Source: Ignavibacteriota bacterium
GTDB taxonomy: Bacteria > Bacteroidota > Ignavibacteria > UBA10030 > UBA6906
Direction of reading: 5' to 3'
Assembly: GCA_963801355.1 (NCBI GenBank)
Contig: CAWDEM010000008.1
Location: 1,376,001-1,440,000 of the forward strand
DNA: 64,000 nt
The position numbers and the translations under genes are program-made. Below, piece by piece: positions 50,522 to 59,427 of this stretch. Numbering within the stretch: the first letter of the stretch is position 1; the number at the start of each line of letters is the position of its first letter. The notes under the pieces are model-generated. The model did no database searches. It saw only the letters and a program-made list of their open reading frames with translations, and was not told the origin of the DNA.

Positions 50522-50868
50522 GGCTTGCCACCCGATCCCATTCGTCGTCCCTTGCCTTTGCCGTCGGCACCCTTCGTCAAACCGGTTCCGCTCGCGCCAT
50601 GCCGGAAGCCGAGACCGTTTGCACGGTTGTCACAGATGCCGTCGCCATCCTCGTCGACGAACCGGTCTTTCCCCCGTTGATTGCCCGGTGTTGTACGGGC
50701 GAGGCGATCGTCGATCCCGTCGCCATTTTCGTCGACGAATTGCTGCGCCGCCCGTCGTTGCCGCCGTTCCTTGTTTGCCGAAGAATCCTGCTGCGTTTGC
50801 GCGGCGAGCGACGAAGCAGCAAGAATCAGGAACAACGACATTACCAGAGTTCTCGTGATGAGTTTCAT
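50518..50868 (-). CDS. Small secreted protein with two FVDExGDGIxD (Ca-binding-like) motifs
   Basis: MKLITR signal; FVDENGDGIDD and FVDEDGDGICD; Gly/Lys-rich tail. Confidence 0.75.
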   Translation of the reverse strand: MKLITRTLVMSLFLILAASSLAAQTQQDSSANKERRQRRAAQQFVDENGDGIDDRLARTTPGNQRGKDRFVDEDGDGICDNRANGLGFRHGASGTGLTKGADGKGKGRRMGSGGKP

Positions 50869-50944
50869 ACCTTTCTCCTGAAATGACGATCCGGGACCGG
50901 CCAAGCGCCGGCCCCGGCATTCGTCATTCATGCTACCTGCAATA

Positions 50945-51280
50945 CTACTTGCCGCGGCCCTTCCCCTTTGGTCCGGTTCCGTCGCACACACCAGTGCCTG
51001 TGCCGTCAAGCTTGCCTCCCCTGTGCATCCCGTTACCCTTCCCAAATTGCCCGGCATGCATTTTCCCGAGCTTCTTCCCCGTGCCATCCATAGGACGCAC
51101 ATAGTCGGGATCCTGACAATTGATGATGCCGTCTCCGTCATCATCAAAGGAACCCCACTTCTGCTGGGTGCCGGCTTTGCCTGGAGTGGTTGTGGTTTGC
51201 GCCGATGCGCTGTCAACGGTAAACGCTAGAAGCAATGCCGCCAAGCCCATGGCCAATGACAAAGACAAAAGACGATTCAT
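50945..51280 (-). CDS. Small secreted Gly-rich protein with DDDGDG and DGTG repeats
   Basis: AAGGAG RBS; signal peptide; FDDDGDGIINCQD, DGTG three times. Confidence 0.75.
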   Translation of the reverse strand: MNRLLSLSLAMGLAALLLAFTVDSASAQTTTTPGKAGTQQKWGSFDDDGDGIINCQDPDYVRPMDGTGKKLGKMHAGQFGKGNGMHRGGKLDGTGTGVCDGTGPKGKGRGK

Positions 51281-51345
51281 GACTACTCCTTTAGTGATAG
51301 TGACTGTAAGCATTGAAGTTCGTTTTTGCTTCCGGTCTTGAGTAG

Positions 51346-51361
51346 TTCAATGATCGTGCCA
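51346..51361 (-). promoter_or_regulatory. Probable sigma54 promoter for the small secreted proteins, OMP and HK
   Basis: TGGCACG-ATCA-TTGAA; -12 element has GA instead of GC. Confidence 0.6.
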
Positions 51362-51419
51362 GACACGAATGACGCGAAACCGTCGAAATTTGAGATTGAG
51401 AGATCTCGCCGGGCGGAAT

Positions 51420-51457
51420 TCGACAAATGTGCCGAAGGAAGACGGCACATTCGTCGG
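51420..51457. promoter_or_regulatory. Paired dyads: candidate UAS or terminator hairpin
   Basis: CGACAAATGTGCCG-N8-CGGCACATTCGTCG; each arm is itself a near-dyad. Confidence 0.5.
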
Positions 51458-51460
51458 CAC

Positions 51461-52827
51461 CTACCGGACACCCCACTTCTTCAGCCTGTATCTCAGATTG
51501 CGTTCGGAGATACCCAGGTTCTTTGCAGCTCTGGACTGGTTGCCTCCATGGATGCGGAGAGACTCGAACACAAGTTCCTTCTCGAGCTTTTCGACGGCAC
51601 CGGGGAGGTCTCCGGGAGACCCGGGCGCATGCGAGGGAGCCTCATGGGCGAGTCCCTTCACAACGGCCGGCAACTCGTCTGTTGTGATAACATCGCCTCG
51701 TGCAAGTATCACTGCACGCTGTACGATGTTCTCAAGTTCGCGGACATTGCCGGGGTAGTCGTACCGCAGAAGCGCACTCCACGCTTCTTTCGAAAAGCTC
51801 ATCTTCTTCCGCTGATGTTCTTGCGCATACCGGGCCAAATAGTGTTCGATCGTCGCAGGGATGTCGTCGCGCCGCTTTCTGAGCGGTGGAATCTCAATCG
51901 TCACAACATTGAGCCGGTAAAAAAGATCCTCGCGGAAGGTACCGGCCGCAATCATTTCCTCCAGATTTCTGTTGGTCGCAGCGACCACGCGAACATCCAC
52001 CTGCAACGTCTCAGAACCACCCACCCGCTCAAACGACTGTTCCTGAAGTACACGAAGGAGTTTCACCTGGACCGCCGACGGTACCTCGCCGATCTCATCG
52101 AGAAACATCGTCCCGCCGTTGGCCAATTCGAAGCGCCCCTTCCGTTGCCTGTCAGCCCCGTGAAGGCCCCGCGTTCATGGCCGAAGAGTTCGCTCTCTAG
52201 AAGGCTCTGGCTCAAGGCCGCGCAGTTGACTGCAACGAAAGCTCGATCCTTCCTCCCGCTGCTATAATGGATGGCGCGAGCAAGCAGTTCCTTGCCTGTG
52301 CCGCTCTCGCCGCAAATCAACACGGACGCCTTGCTCAGCGCCACCCGCCCCGCAGTGTTGAGCACCTCCTCCATTGCCGATGATTGGGAGACTATGCCGT
52401 CGAAAGAATACTTCTCGACCAATTGCTCTCTCAGTAATCGATTTTCGGAGAGAAGTCGCTGCCGCTCACTGACACGCGACACAAGGTGATCCAGGGCCTC
52501 GAGATCTATGGGCTTGGTGAGAAAATCGTATGCGCCCGCCCGCATTGCCTCCACTGCACCCTCAATCGTGCCGAACGCTGTCATCAGTATGACCGTTGAC
52601 TCAGGAAATGCGACTCGGACCTGGTTAAGCAGGTCATTTCCCGATTTGCCCGGCATCTTCACATCGGTGAAGACAATATCGACTGCCGATTTGCGCAGCT
52701 GCGCCATTGCCTCGTCGGCAGAAGCCGCTTCAACAACGGTGTGCCCCTGTTTCCTCAAATACCCGGCCAACACGCCTCTCTGGGGCGCTTCGTCGTCAAC
52801 AATAAGAATACGCGTTTGGTCAGTCAT
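51461..52827 (-). pseudogene. ZraR/AtoC-like sigma54 response regulator with a -1 frameshift in a G4 run (52156..52159); may be consensus error
   Basis: [11 protein letters not shown]; adding one G restores GAFTGADRQRKGRFELANGG; DLFYRLNV; HTH. Confidence 0.85.
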
Positions 52828-52911
52828 GGTCCTGGTTGTGTTCACACTTGCACTTTCTGAAAGACTGCATCCATATGCAAACAATAGTAGAACAATTTCG
52901 CAACCCCACCC

Positions 52912-53538
52912 CTATTTCCGCCTCGCCTGTACTACCACAAGATGCCTTCTTCCGGGTACGTCCTTGAACTCTTGAAGGACTTCCAGGTCCGATGATGCAA
53001 CCAGGCCGGCAATGCCTCCCCTGGCCACATACGACCTGAAGTTCCGGTAGTGATCCCTCCCCGCGGCCCGTTCCACCACTGTGTTCAGCACGGACGAGAA
53101 GCCTCCCGGTACAGGAACCAGGTAATCACCGATAACAACGCGATCAGCTATCCTGGCAACTTCATTGAGCAGCTTTGCCCTGTCTTCTGCCGCCACTTCA
53201 TGGAGAACATAGGTCAGTACTGCATAGTCAAAGTGTTCTTTCCCTTCCGAGAGGATTTCGCGGACACCGGTATGAACAAACGTCACACCTTCGAGGGGAG
53301 ATCTGGAGAGACGGAGTCGTGCTCGATCAACGTTGCGCTTCGAAAGTTCTATTCCCAGAACATTGGAACATTTGTCTGCAAGCGTAAACGCCAACCTCCC
53401 TGTTCCACACCCGACATCGAGAAGGGTTGAATCCGGAGGGAGGAGAGTTTTGATTTCGGCAAACAGGTCGTCCTGGTTCGGCGCAATCCACCTGTCGTAG
53501 AACCATCCGTCGTACCAGTGTGGTTTGTCGATCGGCAT
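52912..53538 (-). CDS. Class I SAM-dependent methyltransferase
   Basis: 'LLDVGCGTG', 'YVLHE'. Confidence 0.88.
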   Translation of the reverse strand: MPIDKPHWYDGWFYDRWIAPNQDDLFAEIKTLLPPDSTLLDVGCGTGRLAFTLADKCSNVLGIELSKRNVDRARLRLSRSPLEGVTFVHTGVREILSEGKEHFDYAVLTYVLHEVAAEDRAKLLNEVARIADRVVIGDYLVPVPGGFSSVLNTVVERAAGRDHYRNFRSYVARGGIAGLVASSDLEVLQEFKDVPGRRHLVVVQARRK

Positions 53539-53584
53539 CAGATGAACTACCCCACGGCGAAATGAGAACCGCAAAACAGGAATG

Positions 53585-54136
53585 CTACTTCAGCAACCTG
53601 TACAGCACAAGCGTACGAAGCGGGGTTTCAGCAAAGCTCCGATACCCTGTGGAGAGGGAAAGATCCCGTATGAACTCCTTCGTCAAGCGATGTTTGATGG
53701 GCGGGCCGAATTCCTCCTCTTTATACAGCCATTCCAGGATGAATGTACAGCACCGGGCGACTCGATATGCTTCATGCAGTGCTTGTGCATAATCGGACAC
53801 CTCGTGGAACACCACGCCAAAAAACGTCGAGTCAAAGGATCCGTCCGCGAAGGGAAGATCCTCTGCCCGGGCGACACTGAATTCGCCCTCCGGGACATGC
53901 CTCTGTGCTGCATCTATCATCTCAGCATTGATGTCGACCCCCGCAACAGCGATCCCTGCTTCGTGGAACGCTTCCGCAAACAGAGCGCTCCCCGTCCCGA
54001 TGTCCAGCAGGCTCTTGATGCTGCCCCCTTGAAGGCAATGTCCTACTACTTTCTCAACCTCAAGACGGTCTCTTCGTTCGGGTGACCGGAGTTTGTCCGG
54101 ACCATGACTATACACTCTTTCATTCGGCGAAGGCAC
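53585..54136 (-). CDS. Class I SAM-dependent methyltransferase
   Basis: 'LLDIGTGS', 'AEDLPFADGSFD', 'VFHE', 'FGPP'. Confidence 0.88.
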   Translation of the reverse strand: MPSPNERVYSHGPDKLRSPERRDRLEVEKVVGHCLQGGSIKSLLDIGTGSALFAEAFHEAGIAVAGVDINAEMIDAAQRHVPEGEFSVARAEDLPFADGSFDSTFFGVVFHEVSDYAQALHEAYRVARCCTFILEWLYKEEEFGPPIKHRLTKEFIRDLSLSTGYRSFAETPLRTLVLYRLLK

Positions 54137-54181
54137 TGTCAGCTCCGTTCAAAGCGCAATTTCATTTCTTCAAGGAGCAAT

Positions 54182-54739
54182 TCAAAGTAGCCTCTTGATT
54201 TCCGACTCGAACACGTGGCGGGGTCGAAACCCTTCAAACTTGTTTACAATGGTCCCGCTTTTATCGATGATGAACGTCGTGGGAATGCCCTCGATGCCGC
54301 CGTACTTCATTGATACCTCATCCGAACCGAGCAGCACCGGATAATTCATCCCGTTTTGCCGCGCAAACGCCTGTACCTTTTCCAGCTCATCCAGGGCAAT
54401 CCCGACGATTTGGACTCCTCGCGATCCATACTCCTTCTGCAAGTCGATGAAATCCGGGATCTCTCTCTTGCACGGAGGACACCACGTCGCCCAGAAATCC
54501 AGGACCACGACTTTCCCGCGGAAGTCAGCCAGCGAAACCGGCTTTCCATCCAGGTTCGTCAGAGTGAATGCGGGCGCCGCGCCCGTGAGTTCATTGGGTG
54601 GCAGCATTGGGTGTATGGCAGTCCCGGCCTTTGGATCACTCTTGCCAAACACATAGTAGCCCCCTACAACAATAACGGCTGCCAGAAGAATCCACGCGTA
54701 TGTCATGGAACGTTTCTTCGTCGGTGAATTTGGTTTCAT
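54182..54739 (-). CDS. TlpA/ResA-family thiol-disulfide oxidoreductase
   Basis: 'LDFWATWCPPCKREIP', 'IPTTFIID'; N-terminal anchor. Confidence 0.92.
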   Translation of the reverse strand: MKPNSPTKKRSMTYAWILLAAVIVVGGYYVFGKSDPKAGTAIHPMLPPNELTGAAPAFTLTNLDGKPVSLADFRGKVVVLDFWATWCPPCKREIPDFIDLQKEYGSRGVQIVGIALDELEKVQAFARQNGMNYPVLLGSDEVSMKYGGIEGIPTTFIIDKSGTIVNKFEGFRPRHVFESEIKRLL

Positions 54740-54778
54740 AGGTCAATTCTCCCGGATCGTTCGGTCATCAAACAACAT

Positions 54779-54852
54779 TTATTCAAGGCCGCAGGCGCCA
54801 CCGCTGCATCCACCATCGGTACACGATGGCATGGATAATCGTATGTTGGCAT
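54779..54852 (-). pseudogene. Internally deleted FmdB-family zinc-ribbon gene remnant
   Basis: GGAAGG RBS, MPTYDY, then out-of-frame MPSCTDGGCSGGACGLE*; CxxC core absent. Confidence 0.65.
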
Positions 54853-54916
54853 GACGACCTTCCGTCAATTTGAGTTCTTAGCATGGGATGCATGGATGCC
54901 CCAAAAAGTGTCACCA

Positions 54917-55279
54917 TCACCGACCGATAATCATCTTCAGGCCGATCAGGATGACCATTGCACCGAAGATCTTTTCCAGCGTTGTCTCTGGCATTGACAC
55001 GGCAATCCGGGCTCCGGCCATGCTGCCAAGGAAAAAACCCCCAGCGAGCAGCACCGCCGCCGGGATATTGACGTATCCCTGCCGGAAATAGACCCATGCT
55101 GCGAGAATGCCCACAGGCAGAACGAGCATTGCGATGGTTGTCCCCTGCGCAGAATATTGTGACATACCGAAGAGAAAAACCAGCGCGGGGACAATGATCA
55201 CTCCTCCGCCGATTCCGACAATGCCGCTCAGCACTCCCGCAACAATACCAAGGATCACATAGCCGAAAGATGTTGTCAT
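54917..55279 (-). CDS. Half-size TauE/SafE (TSUP) permease
   Basis: 'GVLSGIVGIGGGVIIVP', 'AQGTT'. Confidence 0.85.
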   Translation of the reverse strand: MTTSFGYVILGIVAGVLSGIVGIGGGVIIVPALVFLFGMSQYSAQGTTIAMLVLPVGILAAWVYFRQGYVNIPAAVLLAGGFFLGSMAGARIAVSMPETTLEKIFGAMVILIGLKMIIGR

Positions 55280-55446
55280 ATGGATACCTCTTCCTATGGG
55301 ATGAAGGATATGGCCATTTCGAGTCAAGCCATCACTCTGCTCCGGGAATTCCCGGTAATAATATACGTGCTCCCGCCCATAGTTCCTGCCCCGTTCCACC
55401 GTTCACTGCATCTCATTACCTACAGCAAGGGGACCAGAAGAAAATC

Positions 55447-55638
55447 ATGCAAAATCTCGATATGACAGTAATCCTGGCCTGGGCCTGGCGGGTGACCCCG
55501 GTAATTGTCGGAGCTGCCGGCGGTTATCTCTTTTATCGTTTCGTGGGCTGCAAGAGCGGCGCCTGCCCTATCACGGGAAGCCCGTGGCTCAGCACAATCT
55601 ACGGGGCACTTCTCGGTGCGATGTTCGCAGCGCGGTGA
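55447..55638 (+). CDS. DUF6132-like small membrane protein
   Basis: 'GGYLFYRFVGCKSGACPITGSPWLSTIYGALLG'. Confidence 0.75.
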   Translation: MQNLDMTVILAWAWRVTPVIVGAAGGYLFYRFVGCKSGACPITGSPWLSTIYGALLGAMFAAR

Positions 55639-55705
55639 TAGCCGGGGGGAGTGTTTGCGGCGGGAGATTCAACTCCATTTGCGCTTCGTGAAACCTCGCC
55701 TCGCG

Positions 55706-58048
55706 TCACCCGCTCTTCGCATCTGACGGCCCCAGTATGATAGCCCTGTACCGCTGGTACAAATACGACACGGTGAGCAAAATCAGGCCGAGGGCAACGA
55801 ACGAGAAGATGCGGTAGAGCGTATCGAGAAACGAGAGATCGTATGTGAAGATCTTCAGGATGGTGATGCCAAACAGCACCATCGCTATGAGCCGCAGAGT
55901 GCGGGTTCGGCGCCAGATACCGAAGGTCATCACGGCGATGGAGAACACAAGCCAGATCCCGGACAGCGAAAGCTGCTTAAGGTTCTCCAAACGCGCAGCT
56001 TCTGCGACGCTTCCCTGAACGGCTGAACTTCCCGCAGAGGCCATGGCCTGCTCAAACATGTCTCTCGTTTCTCCCGTGAACAACACAAGCAGCAATGCGA
56101 CACCGACAATCAGTATTGCCTCGCGGAGCTCCGGGATCCAAGTGGACTGCACCCGGCTATTCCCCAACCAGCGGATTCCCAGAAACATGACTGCTGCAAT
56201 GAAGAGAAGGGCGTAGACTCTGATGTTGAACACGGGGGTAAAGGCCGTCAGAGGATCAAATGCAATGCCGCGCAGTCCGGCGAGGCATGCCGCGACAAGC
56301 GCCAATGAGATTCCGGAGAACAGGACCGGTCGAATGTCAGCACGCCGTGCCAACCATACCAGAACGAGCGCATACAGGGACCAGACCAGGGCCATCACCA
56401 TCCAGCGGGTGAATGCAAGAGCTTCCTGTTGGTGATCGCTCGCACCGTTCATCCACGAGCGGAAGAGATCATTTGTTTCGACGGTCAGCAGAGTGAACAG
56501 AAGGAGAATCCACCCATAGTGGAGCGTTTCCGTCAACACGGTGGAGTCGGAGAGTCTTGCCTTACGAACGAGATACACCGAGGCACAGACCGATGCGGCA
56601 AGAAAGACGTACGCCAGGGCACGCAAGCTCAGAAGCGGCCGATATCCTTCGAGCGATAACGCGGCCAGCGATCCGTCCAGACTGAGGAGCGTGAGCGCCG
56701 TAATGCCGAAGAGCACGAGACCCGCAATCCAGACATAGCGCCGGTGAGATCGCGTCCCCACCCACACGAGTAGCAAGCCCTCAATCGTCCAGAGGAGCGC
56801 GATGGTGAAACTTTCATACTGAAGGGCCACGGCCCATGCAAGAAATGTGAACCCTGTAAGGCCATACTGGATCGCTGCCCCGTTGACGCCAGAGAGGCGC
56901 CGTTCGACGAAAAGGTTGGAGCTGATGTACAGTGTCGCTGCGATCGCTGCGGCACATGCCGTCGAAGAGACACCGTGCGGAATACAAATGCCGTAGAGGG
57001 CCGCAAAGGCGAGCACGGCATGGAGCCAGCAGAGTGCCCGGCGGAATTCGGCGAAGGAGCGTTGAGCTGTGACGACCCGAAAAAGGTCGACACCATGGTA
57101 GATCGCCCAGAGCAATCCGAGGAAGATAAGTGCGGTAAGCGTAAGAGCCGTCGTGTAGTACGCCTGGAGCCAGGAAAAGAAGATGGCATACGTGCCAACG
57201 AGCGAAAGCGGCTCAAGGAGCACCCATGGTGCTTTCCGCAGGAGAACTCCCATCACGCCCAGGTTGAGGGCGATCAGGTATGCGAAGAGTCCGACTTCGT
57301 GTGACTCGCCGGTGCTGAGTATCACCGGTGTGAGCAGTCCACCGAGACATGCCAGGAACGATACAGCAAGCGAATCATTCCGGAACGCTTCCAGAAAGGC
57401 AACCACCGTGACGGCTCCCATCAACCCGAATGCCACCTGAAGCGAGACAAGCTGATAGAAGTTGAAGGACGCATATACTGAGAGGTAAAGGATTGCGATA
57501 CCCGCGCCGACGAGGCCCTGCGAGAAAATCTGGAACCCTTTCTTGTGCGTGCGGTCCGCCCCCCAAAGACAAATGACGCCGACCGCTACGCCGATCAAGA
57601 CCCGCGTGAGTTCATTGATCCACTGATTGTCAATTGCGTGCTTCAGGAAGAACCCCACACCGATGATCAGGGCAAGCGCTCCTATACGATTCAGGAGTTT
57701 CCCCCCGATCAGCGCCTCCCATTCCTCTCGAGTGCGAGAGGGCGGCAACGGAGCAGGCGCGGTTTCCTGGGGCACGAAAGCAGGTCGGTCCACCACTGCA
57801 TGCGGCACCGCACTTTCGCCTGCAGACGCGATTGTGACTGCTGGAGGCGCAACTGCGGCGACGATAGTCACTTTCGGTGCAGGCGGCTCCGCGGGCCTGG
57901 GTGATGTCACTGTCTCCCGCGGTCTCCGCTCAAGTATGCTGACCCTGTCGTCCAGCTCCCTGAATTTCGAGGTGAGGTAGAACATCCTCGCGACGACAAC
58001 GACGAGCAGGGCAAGTGCAATCGTAACGAGAGCGGCGAGTCCTTCCAT
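55706..58048 (-). CDS. DUF2339 polytopic membrane protein
   Basis: 'WEALIGGKLLNRIG', 'ILKIFTYDLSFLDTLYRIFSF'. Confidence 0.85.
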   Translation of the reverse strand: MEGLAALVTIALALLVVVVARMFYLTSKFRELDDRVSILERRPRETVTSPRPAEPPAPKVTIVAAVAPPAVTIASAGESAVPHAVVDRPAFVPQETAPAPLPPSRTREEWEALIGGKLLNRIGALALIIGVGFFLKHAIDNQWINELTRVLIGVAVGVICLWGADRTHKKGFQIFSQGLVGAGIAILYLSVYASFNFYQLVSLQVAFGLMGAVTVVAFLEAFRNDSLAVSFLACLGGLLTPVILSTGESHEVGLFAYLIALNLGVMGVLLRKAPWVLLEPLSLVGTYAIFFSWLQAYYTTALTLTALIFLGLLWAIYHGVDLFRVVTAQRSFAEFRRALCWLHAVLAFAALYGICIPHGVSSTACAAAIAATLYISSNLFVERRLSGVNGAAIQYGLTGFTFLAWAVALQYESFTIALLWTIEGLLLVWVGTRSHRRYVWIAGLVLFGITALTLLSLDGSLAALSLEGYRPLLSLRALAYVFLAASVCASVYLVRKARLSDSTVLTETLHYGWILLLFTLLTVETNDLFRSWMNGASDHQQEALAFTRWMVMALVWSLYALVLVWLARRADIRPVLFSGISLALVAACLAGLRGIAFDPLTAFTPVFNIRVYALLFIAAVMFLGIRWLGNSRVQSTWIPELREAILIVGVALLLVLFTGETRDMFEQAMASAGSSAVQGSVAEAARLENLKQLSLSGIWLVFSIAVMTFGIWRRTRTLRLIAMVLFGITILKIFTYDLSFLDTLYRIFSFVALGLILLTVSYLYQRYRAIILGPSDAKSG

Positions 58049-58134
58049 GGGAATCTCCAATCTCTGTACAGTGATTACCGGGTCACTTCCTGAGTTCTTT
58101 CCTGTCGTGCCAATTGAGAAGGAAGAGCGCGCCG

Positions 58135-59256
58135 CTATTGCAGATATTCCTGCAGGCGCTTGACAAGAAGCTTGTTGCAGTCTTCCCGGGACGTTGGTTT
58201 CACGCTCTGGTATTCGGAATGATGCGAATTCTGAAGATCCACGATCACCCACTCCCCGCTGCGGTCACACACGACAAAGTGCACAAACCCCTGTTCCCAC
58301 CGTTCGGGATTGAAGACATAGTCTGCGTAGAGAACATAATCGGCATCAGTGGGGTTCTTCCTGCAGTACTCCTTGAAGTCGCGCGCCAGGGCCCAGAGGA
58401 CCTTCATTTCGTTGGGATCAGCCTGAGAGGCTTTGAGCAACGGAGACTGCACTGCGGGGACTGATGTGCAGAGGCCCGCTTTGCTGATCATCGTTGCGAG
58501 TTCGACCGCGCTGGCCGCGTTGACCGCACCGCCAACACGCACAGGAAAGACCACCAGCTTTGCCGATTTCCCGGATTCCTTCAGCAGCTTCTGTCGTTCC
58601 GGCAGCTGCGCCCGTTCACTCTCAGGCGGCAGTCCGCTTCGCTCTTCCATGCGCCGAGCCATTGCACCCGGCTTTGCGGCTTTTGCTGTTTCCTCGTTGA
58701 GGCCAAGGGCTGGACTTAGTCGCTGGACCAGAAGGACCGAGAATGTCATTGGCTCCTTTTGCTCGAGTTGCTGCATCGCTTCATCCTGCGCGCCCAGACG
58801 GTCCATCCAGACAACACGGCCGGCTTTGTCAACAACAACCGCGCGGAGCTCCACGAGCCCGATCTCACGGTTACCATTGAACTCAGCGTACAGGGCATAT
58901 GCCGTAGTGACCGGGTTCTTCTTCACGAATTCACCCAGTGAGTCGGCGAGCCTGGCCATCTCAATGCCGATCGCAGGGGTGAACGGCTTCGAGAACAGCT
59001 CGATATTCTTCAACCCCTGCTGTTCAAGAAGCACCCCGACCACTTCCGATACCCGGTCGAATGGTTGCCCCGCAAGCACGACGGGAAGGACCGTCAGTGA
59101 TCCCTCGGTGCCCCTGGACGCCATCAGCTCAAGCCTCTTCTGCTGCTCTGCAGACACTGACGATCTGTTCGTCGTTTCCTGGCCGAACACCCATGGCGAG
59201 ACGCCAAGAATGCAGGCCAGGAGAATGCCCATAGCAGGTTTCAATGATCGTTCCAT
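58135..59256 (-). CDS. Secreted hypothetical protein with internal domain duplication
   Basis: AAGGAG RBS; signal peptide; two similar halves. Confidence 0.7.
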   Translation of the reverse strand: MERSLKPAMGILLACILGVSPWVFGQETTNRSSVSAEQQKRLELMASRGTEGSLTVLPVVLAGQPFDRVSEVVGVLLEQQGLKNIELFSKPFTPAIGIEMARLADSLGEFVKKNPVTTAYALYAEFNGNREIGLVELRAVVVDKAGRVVWMDRLGAQDEAMQQLEQKEPMTFSVLLVQRLSPALGLNEETAKAAKPGAMARRMEERSGLPPESERAQLPERQKLLKESGKSAKLVVFPVRVGGAVNAASAVELATMISKAGLCTSVPAVQSPLLKASQADPNEMKVLWALARDFKEYCRKNPTDADYVLYADYVFNPERWEQGFVHFVVCDRSGEWVIVDLQNSHHSEYQSVKPTSREDCNKLLVKRLQEYLQ

Positions 59257-59427
59257 TGCGGTGCTCCTTTCCTGGTGTTCATTGCAGGGATGGCCACCCT
59301 CGGACCACCCGTCCGTAGCCATGATAAGGTATTCAGAGGGCCCGGACATATCAGGAATCTACCAGGAACTATAAGATTTCTCGCGCATTATGAAGAACGT
59401 TGGGCGGGCGGAGAGAGAAGATTGGGA

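Noticed and set aside
47298-52827. Programmed frameshifting as the cause of the split genes
   Set aside because: No slippery heptamers or long homopolymers at the junctions; single-base indels explain them more simply
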